Assembly: GCA_028534125.1 (NCBI GenBank)
Contig: CM052816.1
Span: forward strand, 15,068,001-15,132,000
Direction of reading: 5' to 3'
Origin: Lama glama
Taxonomy: Eukaryota
DNA length: 64,000 bases
The notes beneath the pieces were generated by a model. The model ran no database searches, was not told the origin of the DNA, and was given only the letters and a program-made list of their open reading frames with translations. Positions 39,311 through 51,700 of this stretch are shown here, one piece after another. A program made the position numbers and the translations under genes. The number at the start of each line of letters is the position of its first letter. Within the stretch, counting starts at the first letter, position 1.

Positions 39311-40791
39311 ATTAAGTTAAATTTAAAAATAAATGTTTATGAAAAATATATAAATAAATAAATAAAAAGAAATGTTTATGAAATGAATTTAATTAATAAA
39401 CGTTCACTATAAAAGTCAGAAAGATCTTCCTAACTAAACGCAGAGACCCTAAAATCCATTAGGGAAAAAAGGACATATAAATTTTTAAAAAACTTTTATA
39501 TGGATAGCAGAATATACTATAAACAAATCAATATAAATTATATAAGAGGAAAAATATTTATGATATAGAGAGGTGATAAAAGGCAGTATCTATATTTCAC
39601 AGAGAAGTTTCTCAAACTGAAAAAACAGTTTTTCAATTAAAAAATAGGCAAAGAATTAAATTGATAAATAAAAGAAAACCAGATACAAATGTCAATATGC
39701 TCAAATTCACTGCTGGTATATAGCAATTAAAGTAACAATGAGATAATTACTTTATACAGATCACACTGGCAGAATGAGGACCTCTATGGCTTTTCAATAT
39801 AAAGGAGAGTGCTCATAATCTGTTAGTGGAAGTTAAAGGTCCTACAAAATTCTTGTAAAGTAATCAAGCAACACATTTTAAAATTAAAATTATTAATAAT
39901 CTTAGATGTATCGATTCTATATCTTAAAATGAATTTTACAGAAATAAAAGCACCAATATTTTGGGAATATGTAAAATAATAGTACAGCATGGTTTACAAG
40001 GTCAGAAGAATACTTAAAGTGCTCATCAACAGTGAATAATTCAGTATATAAATGATATACCCACAATACGGAGTACTATACAGGTATTAAAGTTATCATA
40101 TTTCTAAGAATTTCCATGAGGTATTGGAGACTGAGAAAAGTAAAACTCACTGTCTATGCTAATAAACTTTCAAAAAGAAACAATAAAGAAAAACCTACAA
40201 GGTGTATGCATGTGTATAAATACTTACGTGACTACAAATAAAAATTTCAAAGGAAAATCATAAGATTTTCCATATTGGATATCAGAGAGGGGAACACTGG
40301 TGTGCCTAGAGAAAAATTAGAAAGGACCAAGCCAAAAAGATTTTTAAAAAGAAAGAAAACTACACTTTAAAAAATACTTTATGTTAAAAGTTATGGCTCT
40401 TTTCAAAATAAAATCTGTAGGTGGGTATAAGTATAAATTTTAAAAATAGAGTTAAGAATTTTAATTATGGTTAGCCTCATTAAAGCAAATGTTTTCTTAA
40501 TGTTCAACTACTCACAATGTGGAGATTCTAGAAAATGTTTACGTAGGCAAAAATACTTTAAAACTATTACGAATACAACAAAAACAAATGATTAGCATAT
40601 TGGACAATGTTAGGTTTTTGACTTAAGTTTTCCATCTGTAGAATAATTAAACCCATAATGTCAATAACACTCATTAAATACCGTAACGATGAACAAAATT
40701 AAAGAATGATCTTAAAATTGAAATTCAAGAAGCTTAAACGGAAAACCATGAGGAGGGTTAAAACAGTAAGAAAATTTAAATATGATCTCAC

Positions 40792-41114
40792 CTCTCTGAA
40801 CTGTTCTGAATCTGCTTCTATTACACTTCTTTTCTCCGCAGAACTCAGACAAGGAGGCAGGCTGGGACTGAAGGCCATGAGATCTGCCTTAGGCGGTCCC
40901 TCCCCAGAGAACACTCTCTGCCGCCTCTGCTGCGAGTAAGACCAGCTCCCCACCGCGCTGGAGCACACCAGCCTGGGCTTCCCGGGCCCGCACGAGCCCT
41001 CGCTGGGCGGCGCCGAGCACCGCAGCGCCGTGTACAGCAGCAGCGTGAGCACAAACAGGCTGGACACCGCGCAGATGGCGACGATCAGGTACACGTTCAC
41101 ATCCACCAGAGCCG
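40792..41114 (-). CDS. 3' part of an alternate protocadherin-alpha variable exon (TM and variable cytoplasmic segment), most like the last alternate exon (PCDHA13-like)
   Basis: Reads [32 protein letters not shown]...[31 protein letters not shown], then a phase-0 donor GAG|GTGAGA at 40792/40791. The tail resembles recalled PCDHA13 ([12 protein letters not shown]...DSECLKE), not PCDHA1 (SPGLSPSLN...DLSGN). It is also the nearest alternate exon upstream of PCDHAC1. Confidence 0.8.
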
Positions 41115-41614
41115 NNNNNNNNNNNNNNNNNNNNNNNNNNNNNNNNNNNNNNNNNNNNNNNNNNNNNNNNNNNNNNNNNNNNNNNNNNNNNNNNNNNNNN
41201 NNNNNNNNNNNNNNNNNNNNNNNNNNNNNNNNNNNNNNNNNNNNNNNNNNNNNNNNNNNNNNNNNNNNNNNNNNNNNNNNNNNNNNNNNNNNNNNNNNNN
41301 NNNNNNNNNNNNNNNNNNNNNNNNNNNNNNNNNNNNNNNNNNNNNNNNNNNNNNNNNNNNNNNNNNNNNNNNNNNNNNNNNNNNNNNNNNNNNNNNNNNN
41401 NNNNNNNNNNNNNNNNNNNNNNNNNNNNNNNNNNNNNNNNNNNNNNNNNNNNNNNNNNNNNNNNNNNNNNNNNNNNNNNNNNNNNNNNNNNNNNNNNNNN
41501 NNNNNNNNNNNNNNNNNNNNNNNNNNNNNNNNNNNNNNNNNNNNNNNNNNNNNNNNNNNNNNNNNNNNNNNNNNNNNNNNNNNNNNNNNNNNNNNNNNNN
41601 NNNNNNNNNNNNNN
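41115..41614. other. Assembly gap, exactly 500 N, inside the PCDHA variable exon
   Basis: Run of N. The round length and the frame change across it indicate a placeholder size. Confidence 0.99.
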
Positions 41615-43127
41615 ACAGCGCTCGCTCGCCCACCCGCCGCTCCACCAGCGAGTACGACACCAGCGCGTTCTCCTGCGCGTCCGCGTCCCGCGCCGACACG
41701 GTGAAGATGTGGCAGCCGGGCGGGTTGTTCTCCTTCACGAACACCGTGTACTCGGGCTGCGCGAACGTGGGCGCGTTGTCGTTCACGTCGGCCACGTCCA
41801 CGGACACGCTGGCGGTGGTTGACAGCGAAGGCGAGCCCCCGTCCCGTGCGGTCACCACTAATTTATAGACCGACACTTTCTCGCGGTCCAAGGAGCTGTC
41901 CACCACCAAAGAGTAATAATTCTTGAAGGTGGACACCAGCTTGAAGGGTACATGAGGCGTCAGGGTGCAGGTCACCTGCCCATTGACACCAGAGTCACGG
42001 TCGGACAAGGAGATGAAGGCAATGACGGTGCTGAGTGGAGAGTCCTCTCTGACTGGCAAAGACAGGGACGTGACCACCAGTTCTGGAGCATTATCATTTA
42101 CATCCAGCACTTTCACTAAAACTTTGCAGTGATTTGACATTGGAGGACTTCCTTTATCAACTGCTTTTACCTGAATTTCGTAGGATTTTGTTTCTTCATA
42201 ATCCAGTCCACCAATTAGCCTAATTTCCCCTAAACTGGAATCAATTTTGAAGGTTTTTTTAATGTTAAGAGTCACATCACTGCCAAAGGAAAAGACAATT
42301 TCGCCATTTACACCTTCGTCAGCGTCAGAGGCGTTCAATGTGATCACTAACGTTCCATTTGCTGTAGTCTCTAATAAGTGAATTCTGTACACAGCCTGGG
42401 AAAACAATGGGGCATTATCATTAACGTCGAGCACCGTAATCAGCAGCTGAACTGTACCTTCCAGTACTGGTTTGCCCCCGTCGGTAGCTGTTAATAATAA
42501 ATGAAGTTCTGGTGTTTCTTCTCTATCCAAAGACTTTCTCAATTCAAGCGAAAGTGACTTACTCATTTCATCACTTGCCTGTACATCCAAAGAGAAATAA
42601 TCACTGGGGCTCAGGGTGTATGTTATCAAAGCGTTGGTACCAATGTCTGCATCAGCAGCGCCCTCTATCGGGAAGCGCGAATCCAGCAGTCTAGATTCGG
42701 GAATAAATAACCTTTGTTCTCTGGCTCTGAAGACCGGTGGATTATCGTTAATGTCCCTCACCTCCACCTCTACATGGAACACCTGCAGCGGCCTGTCCAC
42801 GATCACCTCCAGGTGGATACTACATTCCGCGCTCCGCCCGCACAGCTCCTCTCGGTCGATCCGAGAATTCACAAACAAAATGCCATTCTGCAGGTTTACC
42901 TCCAGAAGGTCCCCGCGGACTTTGGACACCACTCGGAACAGGCGGGGCACCAGCTCCGCCACCTCCAGCCCCAGGTCCTGCGCGATGCGACCCACGAAGG
43001 TGCCGTGTTTGGCCTCCTCAGGGACTGAGTAGTGGATCTGACCGCTGCCGGCCTCCCAGGCTGCGAGGAGCAGAAGCGAGAGCAGCAGGCGCCGGGCTCC
43101 CTTGCCTCCTCTCCCAGCAAACAGCAT
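41615..43127 (-). CDS. PCDHA1: 5' part of an alternate protocadherin-alpha variable exon (signal peptide, EC1 to mid-EC5), PCDHA1 orthologue. Cut by an assembly gap.
   Basis: Open frame from ATG 43127, MLFAGRGG...[12 protein letters not shown]2-EC3 segments [50 protein letters not shown] and [27 protein letters not shown] match recalled human PCDHA1. No further PCDHA exon lies in the 21 kb upstream, as expected for the first gene of the cluster. Confidence 0.85.
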
Positions 43128-43311
43128 CGCAAAAGCACTACACCTTTTGTACTACTCTCACTTTACTTTAAAATCTTGCTTTTTTTACTTCATATTTTCA
43201 ATAATTTGTCCTCTTACCGGTTTTATCTTCTCTCGGGCGGTGACAAAATGGAGCTTCCTCCTTTAGTTTTTGATAATCAGTACATTTCATTTGACCGGAC
43301 TTTGTGGTATA

Positions 43312-43327
43312 CAGCGACATCATGTGG
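43312..43327 (-). promoter_or_regulatory. PCDHA1 promoter conserved sequence element (CSE; CGCT box, CTCF site)
   Basis: Minus strand CCACATGATGTCGCTG, 185 bp upstream of the ATG. Position and CGCT core fit the established clustered-Pcdh CSE. Confidence 0.85.
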
Positions 43328-44399
43328 CTAATGATGTAGATTTTAGATCAATTCACTGATGTCCAAAACAATCTCTATACTCATTTGCAATTTGTTCAAT
43401 GCATTTTTAATTTTATGTCCTTTAAAAACGAACATTTCAAATCTCACTTGAGAGTATGTAATTCAGTAGTATTTTGCTTTAGCTATTATCACAAAGATTT
43501 GGGAATTGGATTTTGGGAAAATCAAGATACATGTAAATAACCTCATATCTTTTTATTTAAAATTATTTATCAGCTCACATATTTCTATTATTAAATATTT
43601 GTAACTGAATACTGGAATTATAAAATAAGGTACTTAGACCACTAAAATTCACCTTATGCTAGGATAGTTTGGATGTTAATTTTTTTAATGGTATATCATT
43701 ATCAGGTACTTATACATGACATTTTTAGAAATTTTTCTGAAATTCACTTAAAATTCCTTCAGTGGTGTATGAACGACATAATTTTCCAATATTTTAAACC
43801 TCAGAATAATGATATTTGGGACATTTCCCTTTGTTGCAATTAAGAATCAGAACCGTAAAGCTACATCAAAATTTGACTAAGAAATGTGACCTGAATAAAC
43901 TATCATTGGCTAATTTTTAAAATAATGACCTTAACATTTCTACTTTAAGTACTATGGGTATTTAAGGATATTAATATTAATAAGGACAAATTATTTTGTC
44001 TTCTTAATCAGAAAGTCCAAATCATTGTTTATTTGATAATTAAAAGATTTATGAAACATGCTATTTTTAAAAATCAGCTTACAATTTTAATAGTAGAGTT
44101 CAGTGTAGTGATTACTTTATTACAAAAGGTACAGCAAAATATAAGATACATCAATACCCTTTTATTCTCAAAATGAAGCAAATTGAGAGCTTGGAACTTT
44201 TCTAAATGTCAGTAGATTTAGACAATACTGACAATATTTGAATGTGCAAGGTACTTTAGTACGTTATAAATTTCCTTATGATAAACATTATTACTATGAA
44301 GAATACATAGAATAAGTGCTAACCACAATCAACTGGTATTCAAATATTTCAAACATTAAAGTGCTAATTTAAATATATTTTGTTTTCTACAGTTAAAAG

Positions 44400-44864
44400 C
44401 TTATTTTACTTTTTATATTTTTAATTTTATTGAAGTATAATTGATTTGCAACACTGTGTAAGTTTCAGGTGTACAGCAAAGTGATTCAGTTACCTTCTTT
44501 TTTCAGATTCTTTCCCATTATAGGTTATTACCAGACACTGAATGTATTTCCCTGTGCTATACAGTAGGTCCTTGTTGTTTATCTATTTTGTATATAGTAG
44601 TGTGTATATGTTAATCCCAAACTCTAAATTTAGCCCTCCACCTTTCCTTTTTGGTAACCATAAGTTTGTCTTCCATGTCTGTGAGTCTATTTCTGTTTTG
44701 TAAATACATTCATTTGTATCATTTTTTATATTATACATATAAATTATTTTATATGATATTTCTCTTTCTCTGTTTACTTACTTCACTTAATATGATTATC
44801 TCTAGGTACATCCGTGTTTTTGCAAATGGCATTATTTCATCCTGTTTTGGCTGAGTAATATTCC

Positions 44865-44911
<47 letters not shown>

Positions 44912-45105
44912 CACATCTTCCTTTATCCATTCATCTGTTGATGGACGTTTAGATTGTTTCCACATCTTGGCTATTCTAAGTAATACTGCTATGAACATTG
45001 GGGTGCATGTATCTTTCTGAATTAGAATTTTCTCCAGATATATGCCCAGGAGTGGGATTGCTGGATCAAATAGTAATTTTCAGTTTTTTAAGGAACCTCC
45101 ATTAT
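44400..45105 (-). mobile_element. 5'-truncated L1 3' end on the minus strand with internal (TG)n, about 1.3 kb upstream of the PCDHA1 ATG
   Basis: T-rich tail near 44400, then ttgaagtataattgattt...ccattcatctgttgatggac...cccaggagtgggattgctggatca (reverse L1 3' end). Confidence 0.85.
44867..44908. repeat. (TG)n microsatellite inside an L1 3' end
   Basis: Direct reading. Confidence 0.95.
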
Positions 45106-45918
45106 TTTACCTGTTAAAAATATCCAAATTTTTATTTAACTGAAAATTATATAACTCTCATGCTTTAACACTGAGAGTTACAATGATCCTTAAATATAAT
45201 TAAATCACAGCCATATTGCAATGTTTCACCCTGTCCCTTCCTTTTGATGAAAACTGTTCAATCTGAAGATATTCCAAATATTAGAAAAATGCCACTTACA
45301 ATGATCAGGTGACAACTGAAATATAAAACCATAGTTAGCCATGAACTTCATTATCATAGTAGTGATCATGGATATAAAAGTCTACATAATACTATCCTCA
45401 AGGAAAAAACATATGGGAGTACAATGCCTTGAAAAAAGTATTATCAGAGCCCTTAAAAGAGCAACGTGTCTTGAAAATGTGTAAGCATATTTGACTGTCC
45501 TTTATGATTGGATTACTGCATTCTGTTGATTCTTATTTCCTGGTTGGCTTTATTCCTTTGATAACTATGTAAGTTTAAAAACCTAAAGCTCTAAACTTCT
45601 TAGAAATAATGAATAGTACATTTATCTAAATTAAAAAAATATGTGCAGTATATTTTATACATGTATTTACATGCAATATATTGTATATGTGCAATCAAAT
45701 TGTTATCAATTTTATCTAATAAAACTGAAAAATGGAAAAAGAGCAGTGTGCTTGTGTGTTATTGAAGTTAAGCTCGTATAAACTCAAATTAGAATGTTAT
45801 AAGTTTAAGGCGTTAAATGTATTCTCCACAATAACTGCAAAGAAAATAGCTAGAGAATCTGAATAGACATAAAACTAGTAAGGAGATTGAATCACTAATT
45901 TAAAAAATCTCCTAACAA

Positions 45919-46656
45919 CTCTTCCTGCACTGTTGATAAGAATATAGTTTTGTGCAACCATTATGGAAAACAGTATGGCGAGTCCTTAAAAAAAAAACAA
46001 AACTAAAACTAGATTTACCATATGATCCAGCAATCCCACTCCTGGGAATATATCCAGAGGGTGCTCTAATTCAAAAAGATACATGCACCCCAAAGTTCAC
46101 AGCAGCACTATTTACAATAACCAAGACATGGAAACAACCTAGATGTCCATCAACAGATGCCTGGATAAAGAAGATGTGGTATATGTATACAATGGAATAC
46201 TACTCAGCCATAAAAAAGAATGAAATAATGCCATTTGCAGCAACATAGATGGACCTGGATTTTGTCTTATTAGGTGAAGAAATCCAGAAAGAAAAATACC
46301 ACATGATATCACTTATATGTGGAGTCTTTAAAAGAAAACCACACAAATAAACTTATTTACAAAACAGAAACAGACTCACGGACACAGAAAACAAAATTAT
46401 AATTATTTGGGGGAAGGGAAAGAATAAATTGGGAGTTCGAGATTTGCAGATAATAACTACTACATATAAAAGAGATAAACAAGTTTCTACTGTATAGCAC
46501 AGGAAACTGTGTTAAATATCTGGTAGTAACCTATAATGAAAAAAATATGAAAAGGAATATACGTATTTACATGTATGACTGAAACATTATTCTGTACACC
46601 AGAAATTGACACAACATTGTAAACTGACTATACTTCAATTTAAAAATAAAATAAAA
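45919..46656 (+). mobile_element. 5'-truncated L1 3' end inserted into an older L1
   Basis: QPLWKTVWR...YYSAIKKNEIMPFAAT in the ORF track and an A-rich tail. TSD aaaatctcctaacaa / aaagtctcctgacaa at about 45904-45918 and 46659-46673. Confidence 0.85.
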
Positions 46657-46964
46657 TAAAAGTCTCCTGACAAAGAAAAGTCCTTGACCAATTGAACTCT
46701 CTGGTGACTCATACCAAACATTTAAAGAAAAAATAATACCAATCTTTTCAAAATTTTTCAAAAAATTGAAAAGGGGGTATTTTCTAACTCATTCTATGAG
46801 GCCAGCATTACCCTGATATCAAAGCCAGACAAAGACACTGCAAGAAAAGAAAACTGCAGATCAATATCCCTTATAAACAGTGATGCTAAAATCCTAAAAA
46901 AAAAAAAAAAAGAAAAGAGAAGAAAAGAAAACTGAGTTTAGTAGAATAATAAAAGGATTACAGG

Positions 46965-47957
46965 ACCTAATTAAACTTACAAGCTTCTGCACAGCAAAGG
47001 AAACCATAAGTAAACAAAAAGACAACCTACTGAATGGGAGAAAGTTTTTGCAAATGAAACCGACAAAAGCTTCATCTCCAGAATATATAAGCAGCTCATA
47101 CAACTTAAGAAGAAGAAAACAAACAACCCAATCCAAAATGGGCAAAAGATCTAAACAAGCAATTCTCCAAAGAAGACATACAAATGATCAATAGGCACAT
47201 GAAAAAATGCTCCATATCACTAATTATCAGGGAANNNNNNNNNNNNNNNNNNNNNNNNNNNNNNNNNNNNNNNNNNNNNNNNNNNNNNNNNNNNNNNNNN
47301 NNNNNNNNNNNNNNNNNNNNNNNNNNNNNNNNNNTACCATATGACCCAGTCATCCCACTCCTGGGCATATATCCAGAAGGAACCCTACTTCAGGATGACA
47401 CCTGCACCTCAGTGTTCATAGCAGTACTATTTACAATAGCCAAGACATGGAAGCAGCCTAAATGTCCATCAACAGATGACTGGATAAAGATGTAGTATAT
47501 TTATACAATGGAATACTATTCAGCCATAAAAATTGACAACATAACGCCATTTGCAGCAACATGGATGTTCCTGGAGAATGTAAGTAAGTGAAGTAAGTAA
47601 GCCAGAAAGAGAAAGAAAAATACCATATGAGATCGCTATGTGTGGAATGTGTAAAAAAAAAACATAAATACAAAACAGAAACAGACTCATAGACATAGAA
47701 TACAAGCTTGTGGTTGCCAAGGGGGCGGGGGAAGGGGGCAGGAAGGGACAGACTGGGATTTTAAAATGTAGAATAGATAAACAAGATTATACTGTATAGC
47801 ACAGAGAAATATATACAAGATCTTATGGCAGCTCACAGCAAAAGAGAATGTGATAATGAATATATATACGTTCATGTATAACTGAAAAATTGTGCTTTAC
47901 ACTGGAATTTGACACAACATTGTAAAATGACTATAACTCAATTAAAAAAGTTAAAAA
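46965..47957 (+). mobile_element. Young 5'-truncated L1 (3' ORF2 and 3'UTR)
   Basis: L1 ORF2 C-terminal motifs ([29 protein letters not shown]) and an A tail. Perfect 14-bp TSD aaaaggattacagg at 46951-46964 and 47958-47971. Confidence 0.9.
47235..47334. other. Assembly gap, exactly 100 N, inside a young L1 copy
   Basis: Run of N flanked on both sides by L1 ORF2 3' sequence. Confidence 0.99.
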
Positions 47958-47967
47958 AAAAGGATTA

Positions 47968-48797
47968 CAGGCATACCTCAGAGATATTGCAGGTTTAGTT
48001 CCAGACCACCACAATAAAACAAATATCACAATAAAGCAAGCCACATGAATTTTTTGGTTTTCCAGTGCATATAAAAGTTATGTTTACACTATAATGTAGT
48101 CTATTAAGTGTACAATAGCATTTATCTAAAGAAACAATGTACACACCTTAATTTTAAAATACTTTACTGCTAAAAAATGCTAACCATCATCTGAGCCTTC
48201 ACCATGTTGTACTCTTTTTGCTGGTGAAGGGTATTTGCCTTGATGTTGATGGCTACTAACTGATCAGGGTATTGACTGCTGAAGGTTGGTATGGCTGTGG
48301 CAATTTCTTAAAATAAGACAACAGTGAAGTTTCCCACATCAGTTGACTCTTCTTTTCACTTCAACATTTAGAAGCCATTGTAAGGTTGTTAATTGGCCTA
48401 ATTTCAATATTTTTGTGTCTCAGGGAAGAGGGAGTTCCAAAGAGAGGGAGAGAGGCAGAGGAGAGGCCAGTCAATGGAGTGGTCAGAGCACATACAACAT
48501 TTATTGATTAAGTTTGTGGTCTTACGTAGGGATTGTTCACGGCACCCCAACAAAATTACAATAGTAACATCAAAGATCACTGATCATAGATCACCATAAT
48601 ATTTATAATAATAATAAAGTTTGAAATATTGCAAGAATTACTGAAATGTGACACAGAGACATGAAGTGAGCAAATTTTTGAAAAAAATGACTTGCTTATT
48701 GCAGGTTGCCACAAATCTTTAATTTGTAAAAAACAAAACAAAACACAGTATCTGTGTAGTGCAATAAAGTACAGCACAATAAAATGAGGTATATCTG
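47968..48797 (-). mobile_element. Non-autonomous Tigger1-type (Tc1/mariner-pogo) DNA transposon, 830-bp internally deleted copy
   Basis: Terminal inverted repeats CAGGCATACCTC and GAGGTATATCTG, flanked by TA at 47966-47967 and 48798-48799. Internal sequence matches recalled Tigger1 ends. Confidence 0.88.
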
Positions 48798-51700
48798 TAT
48801 ACACTATGAGCAAGTAGAATTTATTCCTGGAATATAAAGATGGTTCAACAAACACAAATTGATCAGTGTAATACAGCACATTAACAGAATGAAGGGAAGG
48901 GGAAAAAAAACCATGATCATCTCAAAAGATACAGAAAAAGCATTTGACAAAATTCAGCACCCTTTCATGATAAAAATCCTAGGAACAGAGGGAAATTACT
49001 TCAATATAATAAAAATCTATACATAAAACCTCCCTGTTAACCTCACACTCAATGATGAAAATTGAAGTATATCCTCTAAGGTTAGGAACAAGGCAAGGAT
49101 GCCTGCTTTCACCGCTTCTACTCAACAAAGAACTGGACATTTTAGCCAGAACAATTAGGCAAGAATAAATAAATAAAGGCATCCAAACTGAGAAGAAAAA
49201 AGTACTCTGTTTACAGATGACATGATCTCATATGTAGAAAACCCAAAAGATTACATAAAAAAAACCCTTAAAATTAATAAATAAATACACCAAAGTATCA
49301 GGATACTAAGTCAACACACACAAAAATCAGTTGCATTACTATACACTAAAAATGTTGAACAATCTGAATAGGAAATTAGGAAAACAATTCCAGTTATAAT
49401 ATCATAAAAGTACATTTAGGAATTAACTTAATCAAGGTGAAAGATTTATATAATGACAACAACAAAAACATTTCTGAAGGAAATTAAAGGATACTTAAAT
49501 GAATGGAAAGACACCTCATGTTCATATGTTGTAAGAATATTATTGTTAAGATATCATTACTACCCAAAGGGATCTACAGATTTAATATATTGCTTATTAA
49601 AATCCCCATTGATTTTTTTTCAGAAATAGAAAACCCAATCCTCAAATTCATCTGGAATCTCAAAGGGACCCTAAATAGCAAAAACAATTCTGAAAAAAGA
49701 AGAACAAATCTGGAAGACTTACAACTTCCTGATTTGAAAACTTACTACAAACCTATAGTAATCAAAACAGTGGTACTGTCGTAAAGACAGACATATAGAA
49801 CAATGAAATAGAATAGAGAGTCTAGAAATAAATCCTTACATATATAGTCAAATGATTTTCAGCAAAATTGACAAGATCATTCAATGGGAGGAATGAGTCT
49901 TTTCAACAAATGGTGCTGGGAAAACAGGACATCCACATGCAAAAGAATGAAGTTATACTCTTACATAACACCACATACAAAAATTAACTCAAATGGGTCC
50001 ATGACCAAAATATAAGACCTAAAACTGTAAAATTCTTAGAAGACAGGATAAAACTTCATGACAGTGGGTTTGGTGATGATTTCTTAGATATGATACCAAA
50101 GGTACATACAGGCAACAAAAGAAAAAATAGACAAATTAGACTTCATAAAACTTGAAATTGTCAAAAGACACCGTCAAGAACTTCCAGTTTCTACTCCCAA
50201 ATGTAAGAAACTTCTAAACCAACACTCTATCTTAATATCAAGTAAAAAGCTGAACAGTCAGTAAAAATCAACAACTCATCTTGGATGTGTATGAGAGGGG
50301 AAGACACAGGGCAAACCACTACCCCCAAGATTAAAGAGACAGACAGGGAAATACAGAGAGTCAGAGATTATTGGCACAAAGATTCAAGACAAGCCACTGT
50401 GGGAACCAGAGCTGGAGTAGGAATATCTTAATTGTAACTGACAAGCTGCTGGAGACTCAATGTGGACAAATCGGAGAGTTGAGAACTCCAGGGGGAAGCA
50501 GTCATGGGCAGGGGGCAGCAAAGTATTTTGATATTTACCTCCAGGAGCTTGACTAGATTCCCACAGTAAATATCAGAGAAAAATCCTCTTATGCTTCTGG
50601 CAGTGGAAGGGGAAAAGGTACCATTTTGAAATACCCAGAGTACTCTGTTCTTAGAAGGGCCTTCCCTCAGGGGAAAGTAATTAATGAAAGACTAGCTGTT
50701 GGGTTATTACCAGAGCCTAACTGATGTGAAGGAAGGGAAATACCCAACTCCAGCAGGCTCTAGCTCTCCATGAGGGAAAAAAAATACCCAGCTCCAGGGT
50801 ATTCTAGCCATCCTGTCTGACCTGGATAAAGAGTGAGGGAGTCAGGGGGGTGATGTTGTAGTGAGAACCACTTGTTCATAGTCCAAAAGCATAGGCTCAC
50901 TAAGACTGAGACCTAATCATAGGACTATAGAATGCTTCCCTTCCCTGAACACCTCACCACCACATTATTACTAGCCTATCTATAGCAGTTCCTTCTACCT
51001 AGTACATCATGTCCAGCTATCAATGAGGCATATCAAAAGGCAAAAAAAAACCCCACAATTTGAAGATACAGAGCAGACATCAGAACCAGACATGACAGAG
51101 ATGTTGAAATTATAAGACTGGGAATTAAAAACAACTATGATTAACATGCTAATGGCTCTAATGGATAAAGAAGACAGCATGTAAGAACAGAAGAGATGGA
51201 CAATGTAAACAGAGAGATGGAAATCCTAAGAAAGAGCCAGAAAGAAATACTAGAGATTGAAAAAAAACCCACTGTAAAAGAAATGAAGGAGGCCTTTCAT
51301 GGGTACATTAGTGGACTGTACATGGATGAGGAAAGAACCTTGGAGCTAAAGGATATATCAATAGAATCATCAAAAACCAAAAAGCAAAGAGTCCAAAAAT
51401 TGAAAACACAACAGACTATCCATGGACTGTGGGACAACTTTAAAAAGGTATAACATACGCATAATGGAAATACCAGAGGAAGAAAGAGAGAAAGGGACAG
51501 AAGAAGTATTTTAACTAATAATGACTGAGAATTTCCTCCAAATTAATTTCAGACACCAAATCACAGATCCAGGAAGCTCAGGTAACAACTAGCAAGATAA
51601 ATATCAAAAAATCTACACCTAGGCATATCGGTTTCAAACTACAGGTAATCAAAGATTTTTTTAAAATCCTGAAAGACATGACAGGCAGAAAAATACCTTA

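Noticed and set aside
41030..41704. ORFs running through the 500-N gap, including the 676-aa call ending RLWWM
   Set aside because: Artefacts of translating N. The real frame after the gap is ALVDVNVY...
42470..42492. Exonic CTCF site (eCBS) or antisense lncRNA promoter in PCDHA1, at ACAGCTACCGACGGGGGCAAA (minus strand)
   Set aside because: Poor match to the CTCF core. I recall alpha1 being reported to lack an eCBS, and antisense transcription cannot be inferred from sequence alone.
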